DNA from: a virus
Taxonomy: Duplodnaviria; Caudoviricetes
Virus record (IMG/VR): IMGVR_UViG_2574180309_000001
Coordinates: 1 to 64,000 of that record
Length of the DNA: 64,000 nucleotides
Strand: one strand, 5' to 3'
Of the stretch, positions 62,303 through 64,000 are shown one piece after another. The translations under genes were made by a program, and so were the position numbers. Positions within the stretch are counted from its first letter, which is position 1, and each line of letters opens with the position of its first letter. Under the pieces are notes generated by a model. That model saw only the letters and a list, made by a program, of their open reading frames with translations, was not told the origin of the DNA and ran no database searches.

Positions 62303-62596
62303 CCATTCCACTTTTAAGAACAATTGTAGCAATAGTACAGCGTTATGGCGCAAGAAATGAATCAGAGCATGTTAGCGATGGAGAAGCGATTGAGTGAGCA
62401 AGCGAAGCAAAGCAACGAAGAAATCAAAGCAAGTGTAGAAGCGCATAATGAACGAGTGGAAAAACGATTGGAAGCGCGGGATGAGACGCTTATGAAGACA
62501 CTACGTGAGATGCAGGGAACGAAGAGAATGATGCAGGAATTTCGGGATGAGGTTGCAGCTGCGAAGGAGAAAAAGCCGTGGTGGAAATTTTGGTGA
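62303..62596 (+). pseudogene. Duplicate of the 3' half of the DUF3967-like gene
   Basis: Near-identical to 60607-60903; lacks the HTH. Confidence 0.85.
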
Positions 62597-62649
62597 GAGA
62601 GATACAAAAAGAAGTATCCTAAATGTAAAACAGAGATACTTCTTTTTTC

Positions 62650-63003
62650 TTATTTATTTTCTAATGTTTCATAAAGACGCTTGTACATATCTTTATATGC
62701 ATTAGAATGGCGATTTGCTAGATGGGTGTCTACAAAACTTTCAACAAGCATATCAATGATATTATTAATTGACGTTTTCTCCATACCCTCTTGTTCTTTA
62801 ATGAATGGTTTAAGGGTATTTAGCTTTAGCAAAACAGCAGGTGAAATTTTAGCTGTTTTAGATGGAACTAAACGTTGATCTGGTTTCTCTGGCGTCTGTA
62901 TTTCCTTTTTCGTTTGATCGTTTTGAATAGTTAAATCAGAACTTTCGGTAATAGGTGTTACAGTTACTACAAAAGATTTACTTTTATTATCCAAAGGTAC
63001 CAC
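62650..63003 (-). CDS. Small plasmid DNA-binding (RHH-like) protein
   Basis: TAKIS...SINNIIDMLVE resembles the upstream adaptor. Confidence 0.55.
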   Translation of the reverse strand: MVPLDNKSKSFVVTVTPITESSDLTIQNDQTKKEIQTPEKPDQRLVPSKTAKISPAVLLKLNTLKPFIKEQEGMEKTSINNIIDMLVESFVDTHLANRHSNAYKDMYKRLYETLENK

Positions 63004-63136
63004 TCCTATTTAGTTTTCTATCGTAAACTATTAAAACTATTTTGCGTTTGTATTGGTAACGACTATGTTATTATCTGCTGTTTTCCCTGTGTATTCAAGT
63101 AAGTTGGAGAAAGTTAATATATCATGAAGAAAAGTA

Positions 63137-63185
63137 AAAATATAGAAATATCCCTATTTCTAAATAGGGATATTTCTATATTTTT
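63137..63185. terminator. Long perfect inverted repeat after the par operon
   Basis: AAAAATATAGAAATATCCCTATTT / AAATAGGGATATTTCTATATTTTT. Confidence 0.7.
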
Positions 63186-63559
63186 AAATCTCTGTTAACA
63201 GTTTGAATTTCCTTTTCTGTTCAGGTGTTAGCTCGTTTTCTACATAACGATCTATAAGTAAATCGATGATCTCATACGTGAATTTTGTGTTTGTAAGTTT
63301 CATTAATACTTCAAGTTCTTCTTTTGATTGATTAGAAATTTTAATGCTGCCTTGCTGATTTTTAAATTTCTTTTTTAATTCAGTTTTTTCGTTTCTTTTT
63401 TTCTTTTTGAGTTACTTGCTTTTCTTCTGTCTTAGGTTGAGAAGGAGCAGATGGAACTTCATTATCTTCCACTACAGCTTGTCCTTGCTCTGGTACATAA
63501 GGCTCAGTAGGTTCAAAGTTACTTTTCTTTCTACCTAACAAACCAGGAGTTCTCGCCAT
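63184..63559 (-). CDS. ParA adaptor (RHH-type), frameshifted at an A7 run
   Basis: MARTPGLLGRK... continues in another frame as ...SIKISNQSKEELEVL...YEIIDLLIDRY; removing one A gives 124 aa. Confidence 0.65.
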
Positions 63560-63560
63560 T

Positions 63561-64000
63561 TTACACACCAACCTTCATTTTTTCAAACATATCAATACGA
63601 GATAATAATTCATCACTAATTGTTTCGTATAGTTCAATTACATTCATATCATGTCTATCTTTTTCAGTAATACCATTCACATCAAATCGTTTAATACGTT
63701 CCATTTGAGGGACAATGTTTTTGAATAGGTTTTCTTCACCGAAAATTTCACGAGCGTTCTCCATGATATATTCGTCAACCTTACCGTTGTTTTTTAATAG
63801 GACAGGAAGAACGCCAACTACTTCAATATCAAGATCATATTGTTCCTTTAACTTAATAAGCTCATTAATATAGTTCTCAGCACCAGTAAGAGAACGTTCT
63901 TGTGTTTGCAGAGCAATTAGAACATAATCAGAAGCTACAACTGCATTTTTTGTAACTTCTAGTGACATAGGAGGTACGTCGATAAATATGTAGTCGTATT
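63561..64000 (-). CDS. parA: ParA/Soj partition ATPase (5' end outside the window)
   Basis: YDYIFIDVPP, NAVVASDYVLI. Confidence 0.88.
   Translation of the reverse strand, partial: YDYIFIDVPPMSLEVTKNAVVASDYVLIALQTQERSLTGAENYINELIKLKEQYDLDIEVVGVLPVLLKNNGKVDEYIMENAREIFGEENLFKNIVPQMERIKRFDVNGITEKDRHDMNVIELYETISDELLSRIDMFEKMKVGV

Overview
This AT-rich window holds a nearly complete Bacillus cereus-group-like temperate siphophage. It probably lysogenises as a plasmid: ParA plus adaptors, a serine resolvase, and FtsK plus replication-relaxation genes are present, and no integrase is visible. Order along the window: (1) a 19-kb accessory region with a type I TA-like locus, a small-peptide biosynthetic cluster (unannotated 22-aa precursor, RRE-radical SAM/SPASM, GST-RRE fusion, MFS exporter, flavin monooxygenase) preceded by a triplicated ~184-bp unit, and a defence island (HNH-like, two HEPN-like, AbiF-like with a downstream small RNA, Gabija); (2) an arbitrium aimR-aimP-aimX module and cI/cro switch; (3) replication and recombination genes with ArpU; (4) many tiny promoter-terminator non-coding cassettes; (5) SPP1-like head and tail genes, with the tape measure gene split by a group I intron carrying a homing endonuclease; (6) lysis genes, YolD, the FtsK/relaxase module, an SLH moron and partition genes. 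All calls come from motif recognition by eye; no searches were run.
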